DNA from: Schmidtea polychroa
Lineage: Eukaryota
Length of the DNA stretch: 64,000 nt
Direction of reading: 5' to 3'
Assembly: GCA_044892525.1 (NCBI GenBank)
Contig: CM097887.1
Coordinates: forward strand, 80,826,397 to 80,890,396
The position numbers and the translations under genes are program-made. The notes beneath the pieces were generated by a model. That model was not told the origin of the DNA, did no database searches, and worked only from the letters and a program-made list of their open reading frames with translations. Positions 12,355 through 23,546 of the stretch are shown here, piece after piece; within the stretch, counting starts at the first letter, position 1, and each line of letters opens with the position of its first letter.

Positions 12355-15300
12355 TGTTGGGCTGAGCCGAAGGGTAGCTGAGAAATCAGGTTAAACTTAA
12401 CTAAAGTAAAATAAAAAATAAAATAAATAGATTGACGAATAAAATAGAATAGAATATAAGAAAAAGCAATAATTAGAAAATAAGAATTAAAACAAAAAAT
12501 ATAAAAATAAGAACAATTAAAATAGGACAATAGAATGACAAAAAATAACGTAAAATGTAGTAGATAATAAGGAAATTAAGGAAAATAAATAAAAACACAA
12601 TAAAAATAAAGAAAATAGGAAGAAATAACTCAAAAACAAGAAAAATAAATTAAATTAATAAAATTAAGCGGTACTCAATTCTGATTGGTCCGCATAAACG
12701 AAAAATATCTATATAAGTAAACAGCAAACTCACTATAGTCAATGTTAAAACCAAACCAATTACAGGTAAGAAATAGTATTAAGTAATGTAAAATGTTAAA
12801 ACCAAACCAATTACAGTTACAGGTACTCGACAATCCAGAAAACCGACCGACACTCAGACGACTATTAGGAACAGTTCTATTGACAATTCATTCATATAAC
12901 CGATTTGATTAGTGTATATTTCGGCTCAGCCTTTGGAATCACAGAATTTTTCAAACAATAAGTAAGGATGTATTGCTATTGTAAAATTTGTTTTTTCAAG
13001 GATTAAATATTTTATTATATTAACGTAACTTTTGAATAAAAACTTCTCCATTCGATCTCAATTTTTTAATGATAATATAGTTCGTAAATTAATTTAAAGG
13101 TTAATGATATATGAATGTTTATGATATGTTTTGTCGTCGAACGTATTGATTGTGATAAAATTATTTTTGAGAAACGTGGAGTTGAGGAGACCCACGCCAT
13201 GGTGTGAGGAGCCTTCGGGAGCTCAGCCGGCGGGTGTGGATCTCTTCAATCACGCAGCTGACGTGGGCCGGAATGTGGGGGTTTCCTCACGGGTCCGTCG
13301 CTGAAGGAAGTAAAATGCTGCAAGCACGAGTTTAAAGTATAGAGGAATGCATTCAAATATTGAAAAGTAGAGCAATCTTAATTGAAAATGACTGAGGTGG
13401 CTACAAATTCTTATTAGACATCACACTCTGAAATTTCATCTGACATCAGAAATCGTATTCTTGCCTCAACTGACACTCTATCTTCTAGTGGCAAAATACT
13501 CTTCTATCAAAACTCACGTCAATAGAGAAACTGAGTACTAATATGTTCATTAAATGTAAAATCATAATATAGGAAGCATAAACGAAGATTTATTCAACAA
13601 AAATTTTAGTACTAATATATTTTTCAACAAACCCTTTAATTTTTTCATTTCTCCTGAAAATCCACAATAGCGGCAACATGAAGTTCTTTCTATAAATGAC
13701 TCTTTCGACCAATATAGGTGGAACTCTTTTGAATGAGTTGCTGTAAATATTCCACGAAATCACAACATCCAAATTGAAAACCGGAGGAAACTGCACATCA
13801 TGAGAATAAATTCCAACGTTCATGCTCGATGAGAACTAATCATAGGTAGCATATTGAATAACTGAAATAAATCCAACTCGCGGTATGAGACGATCAGCTG
13901 CAACCCGTTAACGTAGATAATGAGAGAGCAGACGAGACAAGTCACACGCATTGCTACACATAAATACACACTTACATATGCCGCATGCATTATTTTCCCA
14001 GTCAGCTAATGACGATGAGAACAAAAATTGAAGTACACGCACATGACATAATTATCTCCGATCGATATCTAACTTTCAGATTCATGTTGTTAATGAGTTC
14101 TACGAGTGAGCTATGCATTACCGGATGACTGTTATCAATTAGCTAGATTTCATAGATTAATTGCACCAGTAAATTCCATAACAAAAATGAATAGATCGAT
14201 TTTCAGGATAGGAATAAAAATCTAATCATACTCGAATCCTTAAAAATCTAATGGTAGCACAGTGATTGAATATGTTTTTTCGATTTTCATATACCAATAT
14301 GAATTACGATTTGAGGTAATTAATTTAAGGAGCATTCCCGCGGCACTAGAGAACTTTGTTTTTACGTTTTTTAAAGATAAATATCTGTATTCGAAAAGTT
14401 ATATGTAAAAATGAATATTAATTATTTAATTATGCAAACATTCTAATGTTTCCTAAACAATTTCTACGAAACCGATAATTCTAACGTTCACTGAGTCAAT
14501 ACATTTGCGAGTCATCTTTCACCTAAATATTTGAGAATCTCAGATAACAATAGGTAATGGATATTCTAAGTATAATCATAAACTTTTGGCAAAGTATTAA
14601 TCAGATGTTAATTTCTCTTGCAACCCCAAATAGACATCCAAGAATTCACTGAATGCAATTATAAAACACTATTTCTAACGGAACCATATCATTGACCTTT
14701 TATCCATTTTACTTAATTTTTCGAAATTAATAAATGATCATGTCCCATGCTGGTTTAGTAGAAATCGCTGATCTTAATTCTTATTCTCATTGTTTTTTCT
14801 TTGTTACAGTTATCAAAAATGTTGCCAAGCTCGAGGCCGTCGCTCAAACCCTGTTTCTCCTGTGCCGACAAAAACACCGTAATCCGAGAATTACAGGCCC
14901 AGATCGGTCGATATAAAAAGAAGATCGACGATCTGGAAGGTACATGGTTTAGCCCAGTACAAATGAAGGAGGTGCAAAAGAAATTGTACCGCAGCGAGCA
15001 TTGTCGCGATGCTTTGATAAGCGAAAGTAGAGCTCAGCGTAGCCTAATCAAAGAGCAGTCCGAAGCTCTACATAAAGTTTACGTTCAAGCCGCGACAACC
15101 CCGAAGATCGTTAGTATCCCGATTAAAGAAGCGGACAATATCTTCCCCGTCCACCATGAACCTTCATTTAGTTCACCACCCTTATCAAAAAGATCTTGTC
15201 GTGAATGCGTGGAGGCCGACCTCTCCCCCAGGCCAACGGACGTACCTACTCCCGGCACCGGCAAGGTATTGCCATCAACCACGACGTCCTCAGAAATCTT

Positions 15301-16103
15301 GTCTGCCAACCCTTCGAAACCTAAACGTCGCCAATTATCCAGAGCGGAGCGTAAGAAGCGTCAACGCGAACGAGCAATCGTCAAACAACGAGAACTATCT
15401 TCCAACCACCCAAGTACTTCGAATGACCCCCCCGTAACGATCGATCTAACCGTAGGGATCCCAGGGCGAATAATATCTGCCGCTGGCGTGACTTGGGAGG
15501 AGAATGCCTCCGAGGTTTTTGATCTAGATGAACTATTGGCGGATGCAGAATGGGAGAAGTGAGAATCGCAACACAATACAACCGTGCAGAGTGTTAATGG
15601 ACAAATAAACTATCATGACTCCTTTTCCTCTTAATCCATTTTCCACTAAGTGTACTCGTTATATAGTGCCATAATTATATAGTGTATTATGATAATAGAA
15701 TAGAGAAATTTGTGGGTTATTTCTTGTTGTTGTTTTGATTTAAATAGTTGTTGTAAAGGTTTAGAGTAGTGTTCACAAAGTGATCCATAAAGCGAGAGTA
15801 AATTTTGAGTCCGAGAGGCAATAGTCAATTTTGTGTCAAATTATGGGACAGGGTAGAGAGAGAATCTGATGAGGTAAACAGACGTAAGTCCTTCCATCGG
15901 CAGTCAGCAAGGGAAGTCGAGGCCTCAGTAAGGAGTAGGGGCACATTTCCAACGTGAAGCAATTCGCGGGTGCTATGTTGGAGAGTAAGTTGTGCGGGGT
16001 CCTGCTCCGGGTTGACACGGGCGTATGTAGCGTGATGATATGGGCACGCATCCCCTAGACAAAGATGTAGATTGAGCAGAGTCAACCGAGCGCTACCCCA
16101 GCA
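12355..16103 (+). repeat. 5' LTR (3,749 bp)
   Basis: Direct repeat of 38828-42618. By eye I counted 7 substitutions and 3 indels (11, 32 and 1 nt). AATAAA at 15604. Confidence 0.97.
14734..15562 (+). CDS. LTR-encoded ORF (~258 aa if a 52-nt intron 14758-14809 is spliced); putative nuclear regulatory protein
   Basis: 253-codon open frame intact in both LTRs. The upstream ATG joins in phase 0 through GTAGAA...CTGAT..polypyrimidine..CAG. Contains CxxC plus coiled coil, a basic KRRQ..RKKRQRER tract and an acidic-aromatic C-terminus. Confidence 0.65.
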
Positions 16104-16110
16104 TAATCTT

Positions 16111-16129
16111 TGGGGGCTCAGCCAGGATT
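16111..16129 (+). promoter_or_regulatory. Primer-binding site, tRNA-Pro-like
   Basis: TGGGGGCTCAGCCAGGATT versus the tRNA-Pro complement TGGGGGCTCGTCCGGGATT (3 mismatches), 7 nt downstream of the 5' LTR. Confidence 0.75.
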
Positions 16130-16393
16130 AATATGGAATTTCTGTCGAATAATGTGAATTCACCGGGATTATCGATTTCAATTAGTGGGCGAATGCAAAT
16201 TGACTAATGCCTATCGAATCTTATTATAAATCACGATTAGAAAATAATAGAATTAAAGATATAAATAAAGTAAATAATAGGGAAATAGGATAAAAATAAA
16301 ATAAATTATAACGATTTAAAAAGAAAAATGTTTGATGAAACAACCATTAATTAGCTGTATATTATTAAAATTTTTTTTCTTTTCTCAATAGAC

Positions 16394-16879
16394 ATGACGG
16401 AATTCGCAGAACAGATGCAACAATTAATTAATTTCATTAATATAGAAAACGACCCTATTAAAACACTCATACAAAAAAGAAAGCGAATCAACAGCATTCT
16501 ACTCCAAGCAATCGGACACACACCAGTCGTACCTAATCACGTGTTATTGGCCGCAGGTTTAAGCCACTCAGATGAAAAGATAAATCACGAAACAGTATAT
16601 CAATGGTACCTAAAACGACTAAAAAACCCGGCCCTAAATCTAGAATACGAGCGACTAAAAGATCAACTACATACAATATCAGAGGCAATCGAACAAAAGA
16701 TACAAGAGAAACTCACCAAATTGCGAACCTGTCTGTCTTGCAATCTTCGCCCTATACGCATACTATTCTTACCTTGTGGACACCTCAGTCATTGTGAAGA
16801 ATGAGTGAAAGATCTGAAACGATGTACAATATGTAAAAATGGGATAAAAGAATCCCATATGGTTTATTACGGTGATTAA
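16394..16879 (+). pseudogene. IAP-type C-terminal RING E3 ligase ORF without BIR; premature TGA at a Zn-ligand Cys codon
   Basis: CLSC..ILFLPCGHLSHCEE*VKDLKRCTICKNGIKESHMVYY continues in frame past the stop and aligns with the cIAP/XIAP pattern CxxC..FxPCGHxxxCxxC..CPIC. Confidence 0.85.
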
Positions 16880-17435
16880 AACGACTAACCAGATGCAGTG
16901 ACGTATATGCGCACTAAATTGATAAAAGACCTTTGAATACGAACATATGTACTTTTAAGTGTGAAGTAACTTTAATGTTTAATTTTAGTCTCAGGATAAA
17001 TAAAAATTTTTTTTGTTATGAATTAGATATTTTATCTCTTTTAATTACATCTTTGTTTATGAGATCGAATGGAGAAGAATAAAACTAACGTGGAATTAGT
17101 CCCAATATAGGATATAAGAGTACAAACCGAGCCACCTTCGGGCGGTACGTTCTATCATAAGACAAACCAATTGGGAGGGGATAACTGATCAACCCAAGTA
17201 AGAAGCGTAGGGCGGGGTACCATCGCAAATGATGAGAAGTTTCTACGACATGACTGATCACCATGCCAATGTAGAAATGGATCATCGCGATCGTCGTGCG
17301 TTTTGAGCAAGGGGGGAAAGGGGAAACACTCTCAAGCGGTAAAGATTAAGTCGACAAATTAAAAGTAGACAGAGAAAATGGTAATCTTGAGTAAAAGAGG
17401 AAAAGAGAAGCAGAAGCATGCAAAGTGAGGAATAT

Positions 17436-17962
17436 TAAAGCCGAGCTGTTAAGTAGTCCAGCCGGTCAAGGAAAATGAAAACTGAGCTGTGAAAAGTCCA
17501 GCCAGTTCGGAGATATTAAGATCGAGTTGTTGAATAGTCCAACCGATCAGAAGGAAGAAGATTGAGCTGTTGAATAGTGCCAGCCAGTCGTAAGATCGAG
17601 TTGTTGAATAGTCCAACCGATCAGAAGGAAGAAGATTGAGCTGTTGAATAGTGCCAGCCAGTCGTAAGATCGAGTTGTTGAATAGTCCAACCGATCAGAA
17701 GAAAGAAGATTGAGCTGTTGAATAGTGCCAGCCAGTCGTAAGATCGAGTTGTTGAATAGTCCAACCGATCAGAAGGAAGAAGATTGAGCTGTTGAATAGT
17801 GCCAGCCAGTCGTAAGATCGAGTTGTTGAATAGTCCAACCGATCAGCAGGAAGAAGATTGAGCTGTTGAATAGTGCCAGCCAGTCGTAAGATCGAGTTGT
17901 TGAATAGTCCAACCGGTCAGAAGGAAGAAGATTGAGCTGTTGAATAGTGCCAGCCAGTCGTA
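17436..17962 (+). repeat. Tandem array of six 74-bp higher-order units plus degenerate leading subunits
   Basis: ATCGAG recurs at 17521, 17595, 17669, 17743, 17817 and 17891. Each unit holds two GAGYTGTTGAATAGT subrepeats. Confidence 0.95.
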
Positions 17963-19326
17963 AAGGCCTAGAAAAGCGAGAAATAGCAGTTAAGCTGCAA
18001 TGAGATAATATTTAAATTAATAGCGAAATGGAATATTAAAGCTAGCTAGAAACAAATTGAATGTAATTACGAAATTTGAGTTTAGAGAGGAAATAAACGA
18101 GCTCGTGGAAAAGATGATGGATTATAGTGAAAAAGGGAGGGGAAAAAGGAAATGAATTAAAGAGATAATGGATAATAAAGAATAGGTGAAATGATGATAA
18201 TGAGTAGAAGAGGAAAGTAACTAACTAATTAAAGGGATCCCAGTGAAGTAGAGAAACTCTACGGAATATTTTTTTTGGTTAAACCGGGAAAATGCATTTT
18301 TATTGGTTCCAGAGTAGAACCGAGTGGGATAATAGTAAATATGAAAAGTAAAATAGCGGCAACAGCGCAAAAGGAATAAGAAAACGAAGGGGGGTAATAA
18401 GCAGAGACCGACAACGACCTATTTATACTATAATTGATAAAGATAGATAATTATTTTGACTTTATAGATAATTGTTACTACCCCATATAGATAATTTAAA
18501 ATCGACGAAAAATACGGGCTGATGGGAAATTATAACCCGCGGAAAAGAGTTCACAAAAGATAGGGAAAAACAAACAGAAACCTAAAAGGTGTCTGTGTTT
18601 GAATGTTGCAGAAAGAATGATGAAGTCGTGTAAGCAGATGCAACACGAGATCATTTTTTCATTTTAGATATCAAACCAAGCCAGCCAATCAAGCCAATCC
18701 AGAACCTGCACAAAAGGAATTCGAGGAAATCGACAATCGACCAAGAATAAATCCATTCAGAACCCGCACCGAGAAACACAGCAACCGGAAGACTCCAGAA
18801 CGGAAGAAGATACAGATAGCGACATCTCCAACTTCGAACGAATCACCGATATATTCAACCTCATAGTATTAGCAGCCATCTGTCAAGGACTAGTAAATCT
18901 CCTCAGAATCGCAGTAGCAGACTCATACCGAACAATTTACGAAGGAAACTTCATCAGAACCCAATCCACCCAATTCAGTAGCCGCTAATTACAAGGAAGC
19001 GTAAGAAAAGAATCACGGATAAACCTCATCTCAGATCATCAAGTAAGTCAGGCGACGTATTATTTTCAGGAGACGAATTACAACAACTCAAAAGAGGACG
19101 ATCTATTAAACATCAAAGAGGAATATCACAAGGAGCAAGAAGAACCAATCAAGTACCCATATTTGACCAAGAAAATCTCGGATACACCCCTAGTCGATCT
19201 CGAAGCAGAGAAAGTCTGTCCGATATCACTAATAGTTTAGCAACGTCAACCGAAGAATTATCAGCCCAAAGTTTAGTCACATCGTTAGACAATTTAAAAG
19301 AAACAGACGAATCTAGAACACCAATC

Positions 19327-20841
19327 ATGACGAATGTCGTAAAAACCGACGAGTATAAAGAGAAGTTTAGAGGAGAACCGTTCAATGGAAATGCAAACAA
19401 GTTAGCAACGTTTATAACTAATTTTGAAGTTTATATCACGGTGTGTGGATGGACACCCGAAGCAATTAGCAAAAGGATGCCGTTGTTTTTGTGCGATAGC
19501 GCATTAGAAGTATATTTAGAAGCTAAAGAGAGAGATACGAAATTAGAGAAGTGGGAAGATATCAAAACATTCTTGAAGAAAACCTTCGGAGCCAGTAAGC
19601 CAATCAACCAGGCGTTGGGCGAACTAGCAAATAGGAAACAAAGAGCAAACGAATCGATAACATTATATGCCAGTGAATTACGGAGATTAGCGAAGAAAGC
19701 AATGAATGGAAAATTACCCGAGGAAAATCTGATCGGCTATTTCATAGAGGGATTACGCCGAGAAGAGGTAAGAGCCTCAGTAGGCTGTCAAATGTGCAAA
19801 ACGTTAGAGGAAGCCATAGACTGGGCTACAAGATGCGAGCTCCACCTTCCAGTTCAAATGAATATTATGCAAGAGGATGGGAGGATAGCGACAGCAATAG
19901 CGAAAGCAGATACCGGAGATAACAACAATCAGGAACCGAAAATGAACCAATTTATACCAGGAGCGCATCAAATTTTCAAACCACCACAAGGACGATCAAA
20001 TGGGAAAAATGGTAATCGTAACAACCTGAATAACGAGAACAACTTTAATAATCGACGAAGTTTGAACGATAACAAGCAATGCCGAACATGCGGTAAACCA
20101 GGACACTGGGACAGAGATTGTTATAGAAATGCAAATTGTAATCGTTGCGGACGGCGTGGACATACGGAAAATATATGCCAATTGAGAGGTTGTTTTAACT
20201 GTGGTCAGCCAGGTCACATCTCCAGAGACTGCCGAGAAAGGGGCCAACAACAACGACCGCCACAGCGAAATACTAATTATGTATCGAATCCGCAACGACA
20301 AAGTAACCCTGGTGAAAGAAAACAAATGAACGTTATGCAGGAAATCTCACAAATGAAACAGATGATGCAACAAATGATGAGACCAAGACAAGAACCAGCA
20401 CCACATCAAACCCAGAATATACGTATGATGAGGAGTACCGAAAATCTCAACAGTTATGAAGTACATCAACATGTACAAGAATGGCAAAGACTACAGGCCG
20501 AGGAAGAGAGGATAAAACAAGAACGCAACCAACAACGACAAGAACAACCATTGCGAATAAATATGATGAAGTTAGTAAAAGACATGAAAAGCCAGTACTG
20601 TTACAATTACGGGAAAAACCCAAGGGTAGTACCCATGACTGAACCAGAAAAGGTAAAAGAAACAACAACGGAAATGAAAACAGGGAATTCAACCACGATC
20701 TTAAAAGGGAACCAGAGAATTCAGAAAATATTCTGGAAAAAGATAAAAGATAAAATAGAAAAGAAACATGAAGAAACGGAAATAAGAATAAAAGAGGAAA
20801 ACAACCAAAACAAGGAGCAAATCAGTCAGCTAAACCACTAA
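19327..20841 (+). CDS. gag: Gag: capsid domain plus three CCHC zinc knuckles
   Basis: Retrotransposon gag-like N-terminus (PFNG..FITNFE..W..MPLFL..ALEVY). Knuckles CRTCGKPGHWDRDC, CNRCGRRGHTENIC and CFNCGQPGHISRDC. Confidence 0.95.
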   Translation: MTNVVKTDEYKEKFRGEPFNGNANKLATFITNFEVYITVCGWTPEAISKRMPLFLCDSALEVYLEAKERDTKLEKWEDIKTFLKKTFGASKPINQALGELANRKQRANESITLYASELRRLAKKAMNGKLPEENLIGYFIEGLRREEVRASVGCQMCKTLEEAIDWATRCELHLPVQMNIMQEDGRIATAIAKADTGDNNNQEPKMNQFIPGAHQIFKPPQGRSNGKNGNRNNLNNENNFNNRRSLNDNKQCRTCGKPGHWDRDCYRNANCNRCGRRGHTENICQLRGCFNCGQPGHISRDCRERGQQQRPPQRNTNYVSNPQRQSNPGERKQMNVMQEISQMKQMMQQMMRPRQEPAPHQTQNIRMMRSTENLNSYEVHQHVQEWQRLQAEEERIKQERNQQRQEQPLRINMMKLVKDMKSQYCYNYGKNPRVVPMTEPEKVKETTTEMKTGNSTTILKGNQRIQKIFWKKIKDKIEKKHEETEIRIKEENNQNKEQISQLNH

Positions 20842-22107
20842 ATGCTACAAGAATTGGAATCAGAAGAAACAACGATATTTGAAAGAAGGAAACTAAAGCG
20901 AGTACCACGGATGAGGAATCTGCGAATCAACATGATGAAAAGGACAGAAGATGCGACATTGTCAGACGAAGAGGAAGACTATGTGAGTAGTTTGGGTGGA
21001 GAAATACTACAGCTAAACGAAACTAGCGAACCTCCAAAGGGGGAAATCAAAGAGGAAGAAAGCGAAAGCGAGATAACCAGTGAAAGTGAAGACGAGGATA
21101 TCGAATTAAAGTTGAGGAAAGTGAGGGAGGAAGCGATAAAACAAGTAGCTGAAATACTCCCGGTGGTAGTGAGAAACCAAGAGTTCATCGATGTAATACC
21201 ATTCAGGCGATTCGTACAAAAAGTGATGAAATTGGAAAGAAACGAGAAAGATTTAATACCAAGCGAAGAAAAGTTGATAATAAAAAAGTATATGGAAAAA
21301 ATGAAGCAGGTCGATACCACTCGATATGTAATAAAAATCGGAACGAGTAAAGGACTTGAAAGGATATGGATTAAAAACACAGTCACCGACGAACTTTTCG
21401 ATTGGATACGAGAGCACTTAGGTAGCTCGAGGAAAAAGGAGTACCTATACCAATATCAAGGAGAGCAAGTTAAACCAGATATGCACTTAGTAGACGCACT
21501 GATCTGGCCAGGAGAAACGCAAATACTAAAGTTGCACAAAGAAAAACAACCAGCCAATCTTTACGATTGGGCTAAAGATGCCAAGGCAGAATATGATTTC
21601 AATATCAAATTGAAATTAGAACAAATAAAACAATGTACTCTGAGACGAAACCTGGACAAGCTGATCAAGCAAATTCAAGAACAAGTAGAAGACAACTGGG
21701 ATTTACTCATTACCGGACGAGCCCCAGCCATATACGAACTAATGAGCCGATTGCGAGATACAGAATTGCTCCGAATGAGTGATTGGAGAACCATAAATTT
21801 GATTCACAAATATGGAAGGTTAAAAGAAACCCAGCCACAGAAGTTAGAAATAACCATATGGTTACCGAACGAAGAGAAACGACGAATAAAAATGAGCAAT
21901 CAGAGTACAGTGGATGATTTGGTATCAAAGATAAACCAAGAGATAACGGAAAAGGTACGTAGCGAAAGTAGTGATGGTATGGTAGATGATGTAGTCATGA
22001 TGTACGATAAAATAATATTACGAGCGGAGGACGACACCTCGTTGAGCGAAATGGGTATGTGGGACGATCATCAGATAATCAGGATAGTACCAATGGATGA
22101 ATTTTGA
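20842..22107 (+). CDS. In-frame continuation of gag after a single TAA; two predicted ubiquitin/SUMO-like beta-grasp domains
   Basis: RYVIKIGTSKG..YLYQYQGEQVKPDMHLVDALIWPGETQILKL (21322-21540) and LEITIWLPNEEKRRIKMSNQSTVDDLVSKI..MMYDKIILR..TSLSEMGMWDDHQIIRIV (21838-22090). Confidence 0.6.
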   Translation: MLQELESEETTIFERRKLKRVPRMRNLRINMMKRTEDATLSDEEEDYVSSLGGEILQLNETSEPPKGEIKEEESESEITSESEDEDIELKLRKVREEAIKQVAEILPVVVRNQEFIDVIPFRRFVQKVMKLERNEKDLIPSEEKLIIKKYMEKMKQVDTTRYVIKIGTSKGLERIWIKNTVTDELFDWIREHLGSSRKKEYLYQYQGEQVKPDMHLVDALIWPGETQILKLHKEKQPANLYDWAKDAKAEYDFNIKLKLEQIKQCTLRRNLDKLIKQIQEQVEDNWDLLITGRAPAIYELMSRLRDTELLRMSDWRTINLIHKYGRLKETQPQKLEITIWLPNEEKRRIKMSNQSTVDDLVSKINQEITEKVRSESSDGMVDDVVMMYDKIILRAEDDTSLSEMGMWDDHQIIRIVPMDEF

Positions 22108-22146
22108 ACAAGAGACGTAACGTATCAAAAAGAAATACGAGACCGG

Positions 22147-23523
22147 ATGAAAACGTTATATCAAAAATCTACAGAAATAATTGAAATTCACCAACAATGG
22201 TTAAAAGAAAAGGAACTACAAGGAAAAATCACGAAACTAAGTACCAGATCCTGCAGACGAACCCCATGGGAAAGAGAGTGGAATACAGAAAATAAGGAAT
22301 GGGAAATCCGGAAAGGAATCTTCGTAGAAACAGACATTGGTGAGACAGAAAGTGAATCGGAGGAAGGAGAAGAGGAACCTCCAGAATATGAAGAGGAAGC
22401 AAGGGGACAGACATCAGATGACGAGAGCGAGACGGATGTCACATCGGAAAGCGAAAATGAAGCGAGACATATTCATGCAATGAGGAAAAAGGAACGTGAA
22501 TATGCCGATATGGACGGCGAGGAAGCGATAGAAGCAAGAGAACGAGAAGAGAAGGAAAGATATAAACAGTTAGGCGATATCTTAGCAATGGGAGCGAAAA
22601 ATCAAAAACGCCAAGTAATAGCATTGGCTAACATCATCCTAAAGACATCAGAGAATATCCACAATCTGAGAGAAATGGCGAAAACAATAGAGGAATACCG
22701 GAATATAATGAATGGTATCCAGAACAGCTAGAACAAATTACTCGAAAATGGAGAAATCAGGAATGAGCACAAGACACCCAGGAGAGGTATCACATCCGAA
22801 TCAAGTATCCGGACAAGAGCATCGAAGAACTAGAGGTGCATCCAACAACAAAGGTTAGAGAATTAAAAAAAGAAATTAGCATATGAAACTCCATTCCATC
22901 TGCAACTATTCGGAAAATCACTAGACGATAATGCAGACGTCGGAATAACACCCATGAGATTGGAAGAGACGAATGTGTTAACAATGGCGGAAACGTTGGG
23001 AAAACCGTTGAAAAGGAAAAGCAAAAATAATAAACCAACTAAAGGCAGTTTGAGTACTCCAAGTCCGAACAAAGCACCAAGTAAATCTAATGAAACCGAA
23101 GAAGTTGAAGAGATAATCCTGGAAGATAGCGACGATGAACCAGGAGAAAGATCACCGCTATTAGTGAGATGGCCGACAGGAGCCGAAATGTGGACTAACA
23201 ACCAACCATCAACAAGTTATCAACAACCAACAAAATTGAACATCGAAGAAATCATCGACAATACTACGGAAACCGAAACGGATGAACAATTCAAGAAGCA
23301 AAGAGAACCAACAAGAATAACACCAGAAGGGCAAACTGATAAAATAATAGATGAATGGAATGAGTGGCTGAGAAATAACGATAGCTCATTACCCAGAACG
23401 AATAACGAAAGAAATCCGAATTACGAAAATACCAGAGAAGCCGGAGCGATGATGGAAAACGGGCAAAAGGAAGACCTAAGAAACAAGGAGAAAAGTCTGA
23501 GTTCAAAACCAAGGAACAATTAA
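22147..23523 (+). pseudogene. Disrupted polyprotein segment: acidic region, a third ubiquitin-like domain (22785-22985, frameshifted in an A7 run) and a low-complexity linker
   Basis: 22147 is in frame with the previous ORF. Removing one A at ~22870 gives YHIRIKYPDKSIEELEVHPTTKVRELKKKLAYETPFHLQLFGKSLDDNADVGITPMRLEETNVLTM, which is ubiquitin-like. Confidence 0.6.
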
Positions 23524-23546
23524 AGCAAGAACAAGGGGAAGTTCGA

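Noticed and set aside
11427-12530. Supplied 367-aa ORF as a real signal-peptide/TM-bearing polymerase; likewise 38671-39003
   Set aside because: The hydrophobic F/Y/I-rich N-terminus is the antisense reading of the A-rich LTR start fused to pPolB at the insertion junction.
15867-15900. Hammerhead at CTGATGAG in the LTR (also at 47242)
   Set aside because: No downstream GAAA or compatible stems.
17436-17962. CRISPR-like array
   Set aside because: The intervening segments alternate between two fixed sequences rather than unique spacers; there are no cas genes and the context is eukaryotic.
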